Positions 17,865 to 27,096 of a stretch of DNA of 64,000 nucleotides are shown here, in pieces. Under the pieces are notes generated by a model. That model worked only from the letters and a program-made list of their open reading frames with translations, was not told where the DNA came from and made no database searches. Location: contig CAKPYQ010000006.1 in assembly GCA_934203105.1 (NCBI GenBank), positions 3,288 through 67,287 of the forward strand. The letters run 5' to 3'. This DNA is from an uncultured Alphaproteobacteria bacterium (GTDB lineage: Bacteria > Pseudomonadota > Alphaproteobacteria > CAAHEQ01 > UBA3637). Position 1 is the stretch's first letter, and every line of letters begins with the position of its first letter. Made by a program: the position numbers and the translations under genes.

Positions 17865-20345
17865 GTGGCAAAAAAAATAGACGAAGTTTCAAATGCGGTT
17901 GTCATTATTGACGGGAACGGATTTATCATCAGGATCAATTCCGTTGCAACGCGTTTATTCGGGTATGGCGAAAAGGAATTGGAAGGTCAGCCTGTTTCGG
18001 TTATTTTGCCGTCATCGTCCTCTTGGGATAAAGAAAAGGGCGGTTTGATTTTCGAGCTGTTGGAAGGTCAGGTAGAACAGCTTTATAAACAAGGCGTTAA
18101 GAAAGACGGAACGCGCTTTGTAGTGGATATTTTTTTAGTTCCTTTTCATAAAGACGGCGTTCAATATTATGACTGCATTGTCAAAGACGATTCGTCGCGT
18201 TTTTTCCACGAACGTTTGGAAAGCTTATCTAATGTGATTTTGCGGCGCGTTTTAATCGGCGAAACGTTGGATCAATTTGCTGGCTTTATCGCCGGACAAT
18301 TAAGCATTATGTTCGGTTCTCCGTTGATTTGGATCGGCAAGGTCGATAAAGAAGAAGCCGGCGTCCAAGTGATGGCCAGCGCCGGTGAATTGTCTGATAT
18401 GGTCAGTTTGAATACGCTTTATACCGGCGTTGATCAACCGGTGCATCCGGCTGTTCGGGCGGCCGAAAGAATGGAAATTTGCTATGACGACGTTAAGGAC
18501 GAAGAAGGCAATGATTATCGTCTAATGTCCTTTCCTTTCCTGTCGAAAAAAGACGTGCTGGGTGTTTTGACGGTATTGGCTCCGATATCGCAATTTGGGC
18601 ATTTGACATTAAATCGTTTGGAAAATGTGGCGTTGCGTTTGGGGATGATTTTGCAAATCGCCGATGATCAAACTTTTTTGCGTTTGCTGGGAACTGCAAT
18701 TTCAACCGCGATGAATTCGGTGATGATTACCGATGAAACCGGACGCATTATTTGGACAAACGAAGCATTTACAAAATTGTCCGGTTATACTTTGCCGGAT
18801 GTTCAAGGTCAAACGCCGGACGTTTTATGTTCCGGATTGCATTCACCGGCTTTTTATAAGGAATTGTGGGATACGGTTTTATCCGGCAAGCCTTGGCGCG
18901 GAGAAATCATCAACCGTTGTAAAGATGGTTCTTTGTTTACCAGCGATGAAATGATTACGCCGATTGTGGGGCAAGACGGAAAGATTACGCATTTTGTGGT
19001 CATCAATGACGATCTGACGGCGCGTAAAAATGCCGAAGGTCGTATTTTGCATTTGTCGAATTATGACCAATTGACCGATTTGCCAAACCGGTCCTTGTTC
19101 CACGAAAAATTACGTCAAGCGTTGGAAAAAAAGCCCGCTTTCAATGGAATTACGGCTGTTTTATTGTTGGATATCAGCGCGTTTAACCGCTTTAATGATA
19201 CAATGGGACATGACGTTGGCGATACGATTTTAAAAGTGGTTGCGGACAGATTGGTTTCTTGTGTTTCTTCAAAAGATTTGGTTGCGCGCATAGAAGGTGA
19301 TGAGTTTGGCATTATTTTGCGTGGGATTAACTCTTTGGATGAAGTGAATAATCGCGCTCACCAAATGATTCGCCGAATTGAAGAAACAATTACGGTCAAT
19401 GATACGGATATTTGTTTAGGTTCTTGCGTTGGTATTGCATTGGCGCCGAATGACGCTGATACGGCCGAAAAATTATTGAATTACGCAGATATGGCGTTGT
19501 TTAAAGCAAAAGCGGCCGGATCTAATACTTACTTTTTCTTTTCGCAAGAAATGAACCAAGAAATGGAAGAACGTTTGATTTTGGAACGCGATATGCGTCG
19601 CGCGATTGCAGATCGGCAATTTTTCTTGGATTATCAACCGCAGACAGATTTGAAGACGGGAAAAGTAACGGGTTTTGAAGCTTTGGTGCGTTGGCGTCAC
19701 CCGCAAAAAGGTTTGATTTTACCGACATTATTTATTTCGGTTGCCGAAGATACGGGGCTGATTACTCCGCTTTGCGAATATGTAATGGAAACGGCTTTTG
19801 ATCAGATTAAAAAGTGGAACAGATTGGGTTTAGGTTCGATGACGATGGCGGTCAATTTGTCGGCGGCGCAATTCCAAGACAAAAACTTACTGTCGACGAT
19901 ACAAAAGCTGATCAAAAAAAAGAAAATCCCGCCTTCATTTTTGGAAGTGGAAATTACCGAATCTTTGTTGATGAAAGATACGCCAAAAGCCGGAGAAATT
20001 TTGACGCACTTGTCGGATTTGGGTGTGCGCATTTCAATTGATGATTTCGGAACGGGCTATTCATCATTGTCATATTTACATAAGTTTTCCGTTGATAAAT
20101 TAAAGGTTGATAAATCCTTTGTGCGTGATTTGGAAAACAACCGCGAAAATGCGGAAATTATCAAAGCGATTGTCAGTTTAGGTCATGCTTTGGGTTTGGA
20201 CGTGATTGCGGAAGGCTGCGAAAATGAAGAGCAATTGGAAATGTTAAAAAGCTTGGGCTGTGATTTGGTGCAAGGCTTTTACATTGCGCGTCCTCTGCCG
20301 GCCGACAAAGCGGAAGAGTTTATTAAGAAAATTAATTCAAAGTAA
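17865..20345 (+). CDS. PAS/GAF-like sensor with GGDEF (variant EGDEF) and EAL domains
   Basis: The 826-aa ORF has N-terminal PAS-like modules. The GGDEF domain has RIEGDEFG at the active-site position (nt 19293-19307). The EAL domain has EALVRW (19677-19685), DDFGTGYSSLSYL and KVDKSFV. It uses a GTG start. Confidence 0.85.
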   Translation: MAKKIDEVSNAVVIIDGNGFIIRINSVATRLFGYGEKELEGQPVSVILPSSSSWDKEKGGLIFELLEGQVEQLYKQGVKKDGTRFVVDIFLVPFHKDGVQYYDCIVKDDSSRFFHERLESLSNVILRRVLIGETLDQFAGFIAGQLSIMFGSPLIWIGKVDKEEAGVQVMASAGELSDMVSLNTLYTGVDQPVHPAVRAAERMEICYDDVKDEEGNDYRLMSFPFLSKKDVLGVLTVLAPISQFGHLTLNRLENVALRLGMILQIADDQTFLRLLGTAISTAMNSVMITDETGRIIWTNEAFTKLSGYTLPDVQGQTPDVLCSGLHSPAFYKELWDTVLSGKPWRGEIINRCKDGSLFTSDEMITPIVGQDGKITHFVVINDDLTARKNAEGRILHLSNYDQLTDLPNRSLFHEKLRQALEKKPAFNGITAVLLLDISAFNRFNDTMGHDVGDTILKVVADRLVSCVSSKDLVARIEGDEFGIILRGINSLDEVNNRAHQMIRRIEETITVNDTDICLGSCVGIALAPNDADTAEKLLNYADMALFKAKAAGSNTYFFFSQEMNQEMEERLILERDMRRAIADRQFFLDYQPQTDLKTGKVTGFEALVRWRHPQKGLILPTLFISVAEDTGLITPLCEYVMETAFDQIKKWNRLGLGSMTMAVNLSAAQFQDKNLLSTIQKLIKKKKIPPSFLEVEITESLLMKDTPKAGEILTHLSDLGVRISIDDFGTGYSSLSYLHKFSVDKLKVDKSFVRDLENNRENAEIIKAIVSLGHALGLDVIAEGCENEEQLEMLKSLGCDLVQGFYIARPLPADKAEEFIKKINSK

Positions 20346-20346
20346 A

Positions 20347-21609
20347 TTAAAACAATTCGAAAAAGCGGCCGTTTCTGTTGTAAACAGTTTTGTTTCGTCC
20401 TGTTTGTTTGGCTTTGTATAAAGCTTGATCGGCGATGTTGATCACTTCGTCATAGCTTTGCGTTGCCATTTTTTGTGCGACGCCGACGCTTAACGTGATG
20501 TGAATCGATGCTAAATACGGTTGTTTATTGGTGCTGCCGGCGGCTTTTTTGCGCAAGAAAAAGTCCGAATTCGAAACCAAAACGCGGGTTGTTTCCATCG
20601 AATCCAATACTTCATCCAAACTTTTGTGAGCAAACAGTAAAACAAATTCTTCTCCGCCATAGCGGTATAATGTGCCAAAAGCCGAATGTTGCGATAACGT
20701 CGCTGAAATCATACGCAATGCCTGATCTCCGACTTCGTGGCCGTACGAATCGTTTAATCGTTTGAAAAAGTCAATGTCAATCATTGCCAAAGTATAATCT
20801 TCATTTTCCAATTCTTTTAATCTGGTCATTAACGCGCGCCGGCCGGGTATGTTGGTCAGCTCGTCCAAAAATGCCATTTTATGCGAAACTTGCAACATAC
20901 TGAATAAAACAACGGTAACGCCGCCGACAAAGCATAAATGAAAAAATAACGGAAAATGGATGAAATAAAATGAAAGAAAAGTAACAATAAATAATGTGAT
21001 TAAAGATGTTTGCAGTTGCTCGATTCGATTCGGCTTGCGATGAATGATTAAAAATAAACAAATCAGAAAGACTAAAATGCTGCTTAACGGGAAAGAAGAC
21101 GACAAGCCGAATGAAAAGCGCAAAAAAGCATTGATTTTTGTTTCAAACATAAACAAAACCGCCGGTCCGAATAAAAACGGGATAAAATAGGTAAAAAAGT
21201 AAATGGTGCAGATTTCACCCAACAAAATAAACAGCTTTTTGAAAAAAGAATAGCTAAACGAATCGTTAGCGCTGATTTGAAACAATAAATAAACATTGAT
21301 GGGATAAAGCAAGCATATTAGCGGGTATGCGACTAAATTAAAATAGGCATTGATTTCGGGTTTGTCAAAAAGGTGGAAATATCCCAAAAACGAATACGTC
21401 AGTAAAGTCAGAAAAAGCAAGAAAAACAGTTCGTCTTGGCGAAACCAAATGCTTAAAAAGAACGACATTCCAAGGCCCAAGAACAACGATGTCATAATCA
21501 CCGTTTGATAGGTTTGATCGTCCAAAATACAGGAAAGCCCCCAAAAACCCAGCAACGTAATTGCCAGGTAAAGTAAGCAATATAGAAAAGATAAAAGATA
21601 ATTTTTCAT
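20347..21609 (-). CDS. Polytopic membrane diguanylate cyclase (GGDEF domain)
   Basis: About 8 hydrophobic spans are followed by a GGDEF domain with intact RYGGEEF (nt 20644-20658) and DIDFFKRLND. I preferred the ATG at 21609 (MKNYLLSF...) to the one at 21633, which lies only 2 nt from a TATAAT. Confidence 0.8.
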   Translation of the reverse strand: MKNYLLSFLYCLLYLAITLLGFWGLSCILDDQTYQTVIMTSLFLGLGMSFFLSIWFRQDELFFLLFLTLLTYSFLGYFHLFDKPEINAYFNLVAYPLICLLYPINVYLLFQISANDSFSYSFFKKLFILLGEICTIYFFTYFIPFLFGPAVLFMFETKINAFLRFSFGLSSSFPLSSILVFLICLFLIIHRKPNRIEQLQTSLITLFIVTFLSFYFIHFPLFFHLCFVGGVTVVLFSMLQVSHKMAFLDELTNIPGRRALMTRLKELENEDYTLAMIDIDFFKRLNDSYGHEVGDQALRMISATLSQHSAFGTLYRYGGEEFVLLFAHKSLDEVLDSMETTRVLVSNSDFFLRKKAAGSTNKQPYLASIHITLSVGVAQKMATQSYDEVINIADQALYKAKQTGRNKTVYNRNGRFFELF

Positions 21610-21691
21610 TTTTTTCTTTCTTTTTCCTTGCATATATTATAACATAGAAAAGCAAAATAGTTAAGCAAAAAATGAAGTAAAAGTAATAAAA

Positions 21692-22360
21692 ATGAAAAAA
21701 GATGTAATAGAAAAGTTGTTTACTTTGCTGTTGGAGCGCTTTCCCGAGCCCAAGTGTGAATTACAATTTGTGAATGAGTATACTTTGATGGTGTCGATTA
21801 TTTTATCGGCTCAGGCGACAGATCGGGGCGTGAATAAAGCAACGGCTCCGCTTTATGAAAAAGTCAAAACCCCAAAGCAGATGTTGGAATTGGGCTTGGA
21901 CGGGTTAAAGCAATATATTAAAAGCATCAACTATTACAACAACAAAGCCAAAAATGTAATGGCGATGAGCAAAGAATTGATTGATCGCTTTGATGGTGTT
22001 TTCCCGCGCGATTTAGACGCATTGCAAACGTTGCCGGGAGTGGGGCGCAAAACGGCCAATGTCTTTTTGAATGTGGCATTTAATGCGCCGTTGATTGCGG
22101 TTGATACGCATGTTTTTCGGGTGTCTAATCGCTTGGAATTGGCGGTTGGTAAAACGCCTTTGGAAGTTGAAGAAAAATTAAAAAAAGTTGTACCGGAAAT
22201 GTATAAGCCGGTGGCTCAACATTTATTGGTTTTGCTGGGGCGTTATATTTGCAAAGCCGCAAAACCCGATTGTGTAAATTGTCCGTTGACGGACTTATGT
22301 CCATGGTTTAAACAAAATACGGGATTGAATGTGGCGGCATTAAAAAGGGCAAAAAAATGA
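21692..22360 (+). CDS. nth: Endonuclease III
   Basis: The ORF has an HhH-GPD fold (LPGVGRKTANVFLN...VDTHVFR) and a C-terminal 4Fe-4S motif (CKAAKPDCVNCPLTDLC). Confidence 0.92.
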   Translation: MKKDVIEKLFTLLLERFPEPKCELQFVNEYTLMVSIILSAQATDRGVNKATAPLYEKVKTPKQMLELGLDGLKQYIKSINYYNNKAKNVMAMSKELIDRFDGVFPRDLDALQTLPGVGRKTANVFLNVAFNAPLIAVDTHVFRVSNRLELAVGKTPLEVEEKLKKVVPEMYKPVAQHLLVLLGRYICKAAKPDCVNCPLTDLCPWFKQNTGLNVAALKRAKK

Positions 22361-24033
22361 AGTTTTTTTCGTTTCTTTCGGCTTGTTTTTTTATTTGTGG
22401 CTCTTGGGCGGCGTTGCCGGTATCGGCGCAAGAGACTTTGCCGTCTTTTGACGATGCGGTTATTGTTCGCGGTACAGAGCAAGTGACGGTAGAATCGGGC
22501 AAGCCGATTATTTTTATCGACTCTTTATCCGATGAAAAAGAACAAACCGCTTGGCAAGCAAATCAGGGACAAGTCCAAATTTCAACTTTTGGCGGACAAA
22601 TATTAGAGGTGCCGTTTATCACGCACATTCCTCAATTTTCGATTTATGTGCAAGTTTTGTCGGATCGGTCGATCAGCGTGACCGAACGAATTTCTTTGAT
22701 TCTGGACGCCGGACAAAGTACGCCTTTTGTGCGTTCATACCCGCTTTCGTTTGAAGACAAAGAAGGCCGGACAAAAACGCGTCAAGTCGAATTTTTACAC
22801 GCAACTTATAACAATCGGCCTTATATGCCGAACGTTGTTCAAACGCCCGATTCGATGCAGGTGCGTTTTTTTGAAAATGAAGGCTTATACGCCGGCGTTC
22901 ATTTGTTTGAAGTTTCCTATTTGATCCCAAATGCGGTGGAAGTTAACGGCAATACAACGCATTTGTTTGAACCGTTGCTTGGCACGTCTTTGCCGTATTT
23001 GGCCGAACGCGTGCGGATTTTTATTTCATATCCCAATCAAACAAAGCTGTCTTTTGCGTCGGCAGTTTTTGGCTCTAATAACCAAAAACAAGATGAAGCC
23101 GTCGATATTTATATGGACGAAAATGCACGCTTGATTTATAAAATAAAAGGCTTGCTGCCGGCTATGCTGGACGTGCGTGTGGATATTTTGGGCAATGCAA
23201 ACGGATTTGAAGCCGAAACACAAAACGAAGCGCAAACACAAAATATCATGACGCGTTTTGCGTGGCTCATTGTGGCTTTGATATGTGCTTTTGTAACGTT
23301 TATTTATTTTTCCTTTACGGCGTTGGATTTGCGCGACAAAGCAATTGACAGTAAGTTTTTGACCCGTGTGCGGGCAAAGTTGTTTTATGATGTCGGCCTG
23401 TTGCGTTGGCTTTTAAAACGTAAAACGGATTGGGTAACTTTATTTGTTTATGTGCTGCATTTGCTCCATCGCGGATTGGTTACCGTTCGCATCAATTCAA
23501 CGGGGCAAATTGTTTTACTTGCGTGTCCGGACAAAAAAAAGAATCGCTGTGAAAAGAGAGTTTTACGCTTTTTATTCGGCCGTTTGGGTCGCGAGCTTAA
23601 TTTAAACGATTTTGCTTGGAAGCGGACAAGAATAAAGCGTTTGCATCGTTTGGTTTTGAAAATTATGCGCTTTGAAATATTCTCTTTTACAAAACGTGAA
23701 GTTTTAATCGGTTTGTTGTTACCGTTGATCGGGTTGGCCGTATTGTTGCATTTAAAAACAGCTTGGCCGTTTATTTTAGGTGCGGGTGCTGTTATGGCTC
23801 TTGCATATTATTTCAGTGTGATCCATTTTATACACAAAGGTGAATTTGAAGCCCTTTTGGCCGGCTTAATGAAGGAATATAGCGCGCGTACTTTAAGTCA
23901 AGATAAACGACAAGAGGTTGACATTGCATTAGATTTAGAGCATACTAAGGAACAAATGTTGCCGATTATCCAAAACGGGCATCGGATATCAACAAAGGAT
24001 TTTGAACAAATGTTTTTATCACAACTGCATTAA
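22357..24033 (+). CDS. DUF2207-like membrane protein
   Basis: The 558-aa ORF has a signal peptide (..LPVSAQ) and an exported domain of about 270 aa with DUF2207-like segments (ISVTERISLILDAGQSTPFVRSYPL, FEVSYLIPNAV). These are followed by a TM segment, a basic cytoplasmic region and two more TM segments. The ATG overlaps the nth stop (ATGA). Confidence 0.55.
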   Translation: MKFFSFLSACFFICGSWAALPVSAQETLPSFDDAVIVRGTEQVTVESGKPIIFIDSLSDEKEQTAWQANQGQVQISTFGGQILEVPFITHIPQFSIYVQVLSDRSISVTERISLILDAGQSTPFVRSYPLSFEDKEGRTKTRQVEFLHATYNNRPYMPNVVQTPDSMQVRFFENEGLYAGVHLFEVSYLIPNAVEVNGNTTHLFEPLLGTSLPYLAERVRIFISYPNQTKLSFASAVFGSNNQKQDEAVDIYMDENARLIYKIKGLLPAMLDVRVDILGNANGFEAETQNEAQTQNIMTRFAWLIVALICAFVTFIYFSFTALDLRDKAIDSKFLTRVRAKLFYDVGLLRWLLKRKTDWVTLFVYVLHLLHRGLVTVRINSTGQIVLLACPDKKKNRCEKRVLRFLFGRLGRELNLNDFAWKRTRIKRLHRLVLKIMRFEIFSFTKREVLIGLLLPLIGLAVLLHLKTAWPFILGAGAVMALAYYFSVIHFIHKGEFEALLAGLMKEYSARTLSQDKRQEVDIALDLEHTKEQMLPIIQNGHRISTKDFEQMFLSQLH

Positions 24034-24050
24034 ATAAAAAAGGAGATAAA

Positions 24051-25460
24051 ATGAAAAAGAAAACTTTAATTTATACGGCGGCAGGGATGATTGCTTTTGC
24101 TTTGGCAGCACAAGCGGCAACGGAACAATCCGTGCCGGTTTCGCAACAACAAAAGTTGACAATGACGATTTATAATGCCGGCAGAGCTTTGGTCAACGAC
24201 GTGCGTCAAGTTGATTTTGAAAAAGGTCATAATCAACTTTCCTTTATCGATATTTCAAATATGGTTATGCCGTCGTCCGTTTTGTTTAAAGCCGACGGCG
24301 TGCGCGTGTTGGAACAAAACTTTAATTTTGATTTGCTTTCATTGGATAATTTGATGGAAAAATCCATTGGAAAAACGGTTGATCTGGAATATATCAATCC
24401 GGCTACCGGCGCGGTTCAGTCGGACAAAGCCGAATTGTTGGCTTATGACGGCAATTACCCGATTTTAAAAATCAAAGATAAAATTGAAACAGCTTATCCG
24501 GGGCGCGTCATTTTTAATCAAGTACCGGAAAATTTATCCGCTCGTCCGACATTGGTGTTTGATGTTAATGCAGATAAAAAGGCCACTCAAAACGTTGAAG
24601 TTTCTTACCTAACAAACGGGATTTCGTGGAGCGCTGATTATGTCGTTGAAATGGGCAAAGATAATGTATTGGACTTAAACGGTTTGGTAACGTTGACAAA
24701 CAATACAACAGTTTCTTATAAAAACGCTCAATTGCAATTGGTTGCGGGCGATGTTAATATGGTATCCCCCGTGATGTACAAAACAAATCGTTCGCGGGCC
24801 GTGATGGAAATGGCAGTTGCCAGTTCTGCCGACAGTATGGATACGGAAGCCGTCAGCGGTTATTACCTTTACACATTGAACCGTCCGACCGACATTTTGT
24901 CAAACCAAACAAAGCAAGTTTCTTTGTTGTCGGGCAGCTCGATCAAAGCGCAAAAAACATATCAATATGATTCGCCTGTCAGCTATTATTCCGAATACGA
25001 ATTTAAAAATGAAAAGCCGACGATGTATTTGACATTTGCAAATACTCAGGCAAACGGCTTGGGTGAAGCTTTGCCCAAAGGCACCATGCGCGTTTATGAA
25101 AAAGATTCAAAAGGCGGATTGATTTTTGTCGGCGAGGATATGATCACGCATACTGCAAAAGGGCAAGACATTCGCTTGCGTTTAGGTGAAGATTTTGATA
25201 TTACGGCAACGGGTAAAAGAGCCGCTTTTAAAAAGTTGGATTCCAAAACATCGCAAGCCGAATTTGAAATTAAAATCAGCAATGCAAAATCGATACCGGT
25301 TGTTGTTCGGTACAATCAAACATTGCCGAGCGGTTGGAAGATTTTATCCGAAAGCTTAAAAAGCCAAAAGCAAACATCAAACCAAATCTTTTGGAATGTG
25401 TCTGTGCCGGCTGAAAGCGACATCGTTTTAACATTTAAAGTTCAAGTGGATAACAGATAA
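24051..25460 (+). CDS. Exported DUF4140/DUF4139-family protein
   Basis: The 469-aa ORF has a signal peptide (ALAAQA/AT). The N-terminus KLTMTIYNAGRALVNDVRQVDFEKGHNQLSF and the central ISWSADYVVEM...LNGLVTLTNNT...AQLQLVAGDVN fit the DUF4140/DUF4139 pattern. AAAGGAG lies upstream of the ATG. Confidence 0.6.
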   Translation: MKKKTLIYTAAGMIAFALAAQAATEQSVPVSQQQKLTMTIYNAGRALVNDVRQVDFEKGHNQLSFIDISNMVMPSSVLFKADGVRVLEQNFNFDLLSLDNLMEKSIGKTVDLEYINPATGAVQSDKAELLAYDGNYPILKIKDKIETAYPGRVIFNQVPENLSARPTLVFDVNADKKATQNVEVSYLTNGISWSADYVVEMGKDNVLDLNGLVTLTNNTTVSYKNAQLQLVAGDVNMVSPVMYKTNRSRAVMEMAVASSADSMDTEAVSGYYLYTLNRPTDILSNQTKQVSLLSGSSIKAQKTYQYDSPVSYYSEYEFKNEKPTMYLTFANTQANGLGEALPKGTMRVYEKDSKGGLIFVGEDMITHTAKGQDIRLRLGEDFDITATGKRAAFKKLDSKTSQAEFEIKISNAKSIPVVVRYNQTLPSGWKILSESLKSQKQTSNQIFWNVSVPAESDIVLTFKVQVDNR

Positions 25461-26530
25461 TGATCAAAAAAATTGCTTTATTTTTGGGCTTGATTTTTTG
25501 TGTAGGATTTTCGTTGGCAAAAGCCGATGTTGATTTGCCGGCTCAGCCAAAAGACTTTGATGATTTAAGTTTTGGTCAGTTGATGGAAATCATTAAAAAT
25601 CCGTCCAAAAATGAGCAATTATTGGTTCAAGTTTTGTTTTCGATACCGCCGGAGCAGCACCAATATTTTATGCCGGCGGTCGCAAACTTATTCGGTATTT
25701 CCGAAAAAACACGGATGATGCCGGGGATTGTGGAATGGCGACGTAAATTGCCGACGCGGATAGCGCCTCAATTGCAAGACTTTGCAAAGGAACATTTGCG
25801 GTATTTAAATCCGGTTTTTTACCCTTATTTAATGCCGGAAATGTGGCCGGATCCTGTGGCACAAGAAAATAATCATCGAAAAGATGCAATCCCGCGCGTG
25901 TATCAAACGGGATCTGCCGATGAAATGGAATATTTATTTCCCTCTTCGATTCATCAAGGGTCTTTGGCCGAGCAGGTTTTGTCCGATACAATGCCAAAGC
26001 CCGATAAAAAAAGTTCTGTGCCGGCTTTAAGTGCGGGCGACGTTGATGCGGTCGTTCATGTGATGGATAAGTTAAAAATGTTGGAATACGGTGAGCAAGG
26101 CCGTAATCGTCGCAATACCTTAATTGTGGATTATATCGATACGCCAAAGTTGATAGAAGCGCATGTAAATCCTTGTCAATCGTTGATTTCCCGATTGGAT
26201 AAAATCGAGGCGGACGAATGGTTTAAAATGCAGGTTGAAGCCGAAAATATGACGGTGGAAGAGTTTACGCAAAAATGCGATGCGACATTAAAGGCTTATC
26301 GTATGCGTCTTGCGGCTCCCGGTGTGGCCAGAGCGGTTTATATGCAGGCCGAAGATATGAAAGATTTGGCCAAAGACTCGTATCCGTATATGTTAAAATC
26401 GGCGATTGTGCGTATGTTTGACACGACAAAAGAAAATGTGCAGGCCGTCAAAGGCAAAGAAGATGAGTTGCGCAAAACGTTCCAAGAAAAAAAGTTGTTT
26501 TTAGGAACACCTGTTTTGCTTGACTTTTAA
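25460..26530 (+). CDS. Exported hypothetical protein
   Basis: The 356-aa ORF has a signal peptide (MIKKIALFLGLIFCVGFSLAKA). The ATG overlaps the upstream stop (TAATG). I recognise no domain. Confidence 0.6.
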   Translation: MIKKIALFLGLIFCVGFSLAKADVDLPAQPKDFDDLSFGQLMEIIKNPSKNEQLLVQVLFSIPPEQHQYFMPAVANLFGISEKTRMMPGIVEWRRKLPTRIAPQLQDFAKEHLRYLNPVFYPYLMPEMWPDPVAQENNHRKDAIPRVYQTGSADEMEYLFPSSIHQGSLAEQVLSDTMPKPDKKSSVPALSAGDVDAVVHVMDKLKMLEYGEQGRNRRNTLIVDYIDTPKLIEAHVNPCQSLISRLDKIEADEWFKMQVEAENMTVEEFTQKCDATLKAYRMRLAAPGVARAVYMQAEDMKDLAKDSYPYMLKSAIVRMFDTTKENVQAVKGKEDELRKTFQEKKLFLGTPVLLDF

Positions 26531-26580
26531 TATTTTTTGTGTATGATAAAAAGAATATCTAAAACAAATAGGAGTTAAAA

Positions 26581-27096
26581 ATGGGTTGGACGCCGGAATT
26601 GATCAAAGATTTGAAAAAGTTGTGGAACAAGGGTTTAACAACGGTTGAAATTGGTAATCGTTTGGGAATGAGCAAAAACGCGATTGTCGGAAAGGCTCAT
26701 CGTTTGGGGTTGGAAGGTCGTCCGTCCCCGATCAAACGCGAAACTAAAAAAGAGCATACTGCTCCGCGAATGACGAAAAAGGCTGCGCCTGTGTCGCCAA
26801 AAGCAGCACCGGCTCCGGCTGATGTTCACGAAAGCAAAGACGATTTACCGGAAACGTCTTTTTTGCCTCCTGATACGATTTTTGAAGCCGAACCGATTCT
26901 TGAAAAGCCGATTTCATCAAAAAGAAAACACAAAGGCGTTTTGTTGGTTGATTTAAAGCCGAATTCTTGTCGTTGGCCGGAAGGCGATCCGAAAGATCCG
27001 AACTTCCGTTTCTGCGGTCAAGAATGCGCCGAAGGTAAAATATACTGCGAAGAACATTGTGCTGTCGCTTATTCGGGTGTTTTTAAAGCCAGATAA
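26581..27096 (+). CDS. gcrA: Cell-cycle regulator GcrA
   Basis: MGWTPELIKDLKKLWNKGLTTVEIGNRLGMSKNAIVGKAHRLGL and the C-terminal CRWPEGDPKDPNFRFCG are characteristic of alphaproteobacterial GcrA. Confidence 0.88.
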   Translation: MGWTPELIKDLKKLWNKGLTTVEIGNRLGMSKNAIVGKAHRLGLEGRPSPIKRETKKEHTAPRMTKKAAPVSPKAAPAPADVHESKDDLPETSFLPPDTIFEAEPILEKPISSKRKHKGVLLVDLKPNSCRWPEGDPKDPNFRFCGQECAEGKIYCEEHCAVAYSGVFKAR

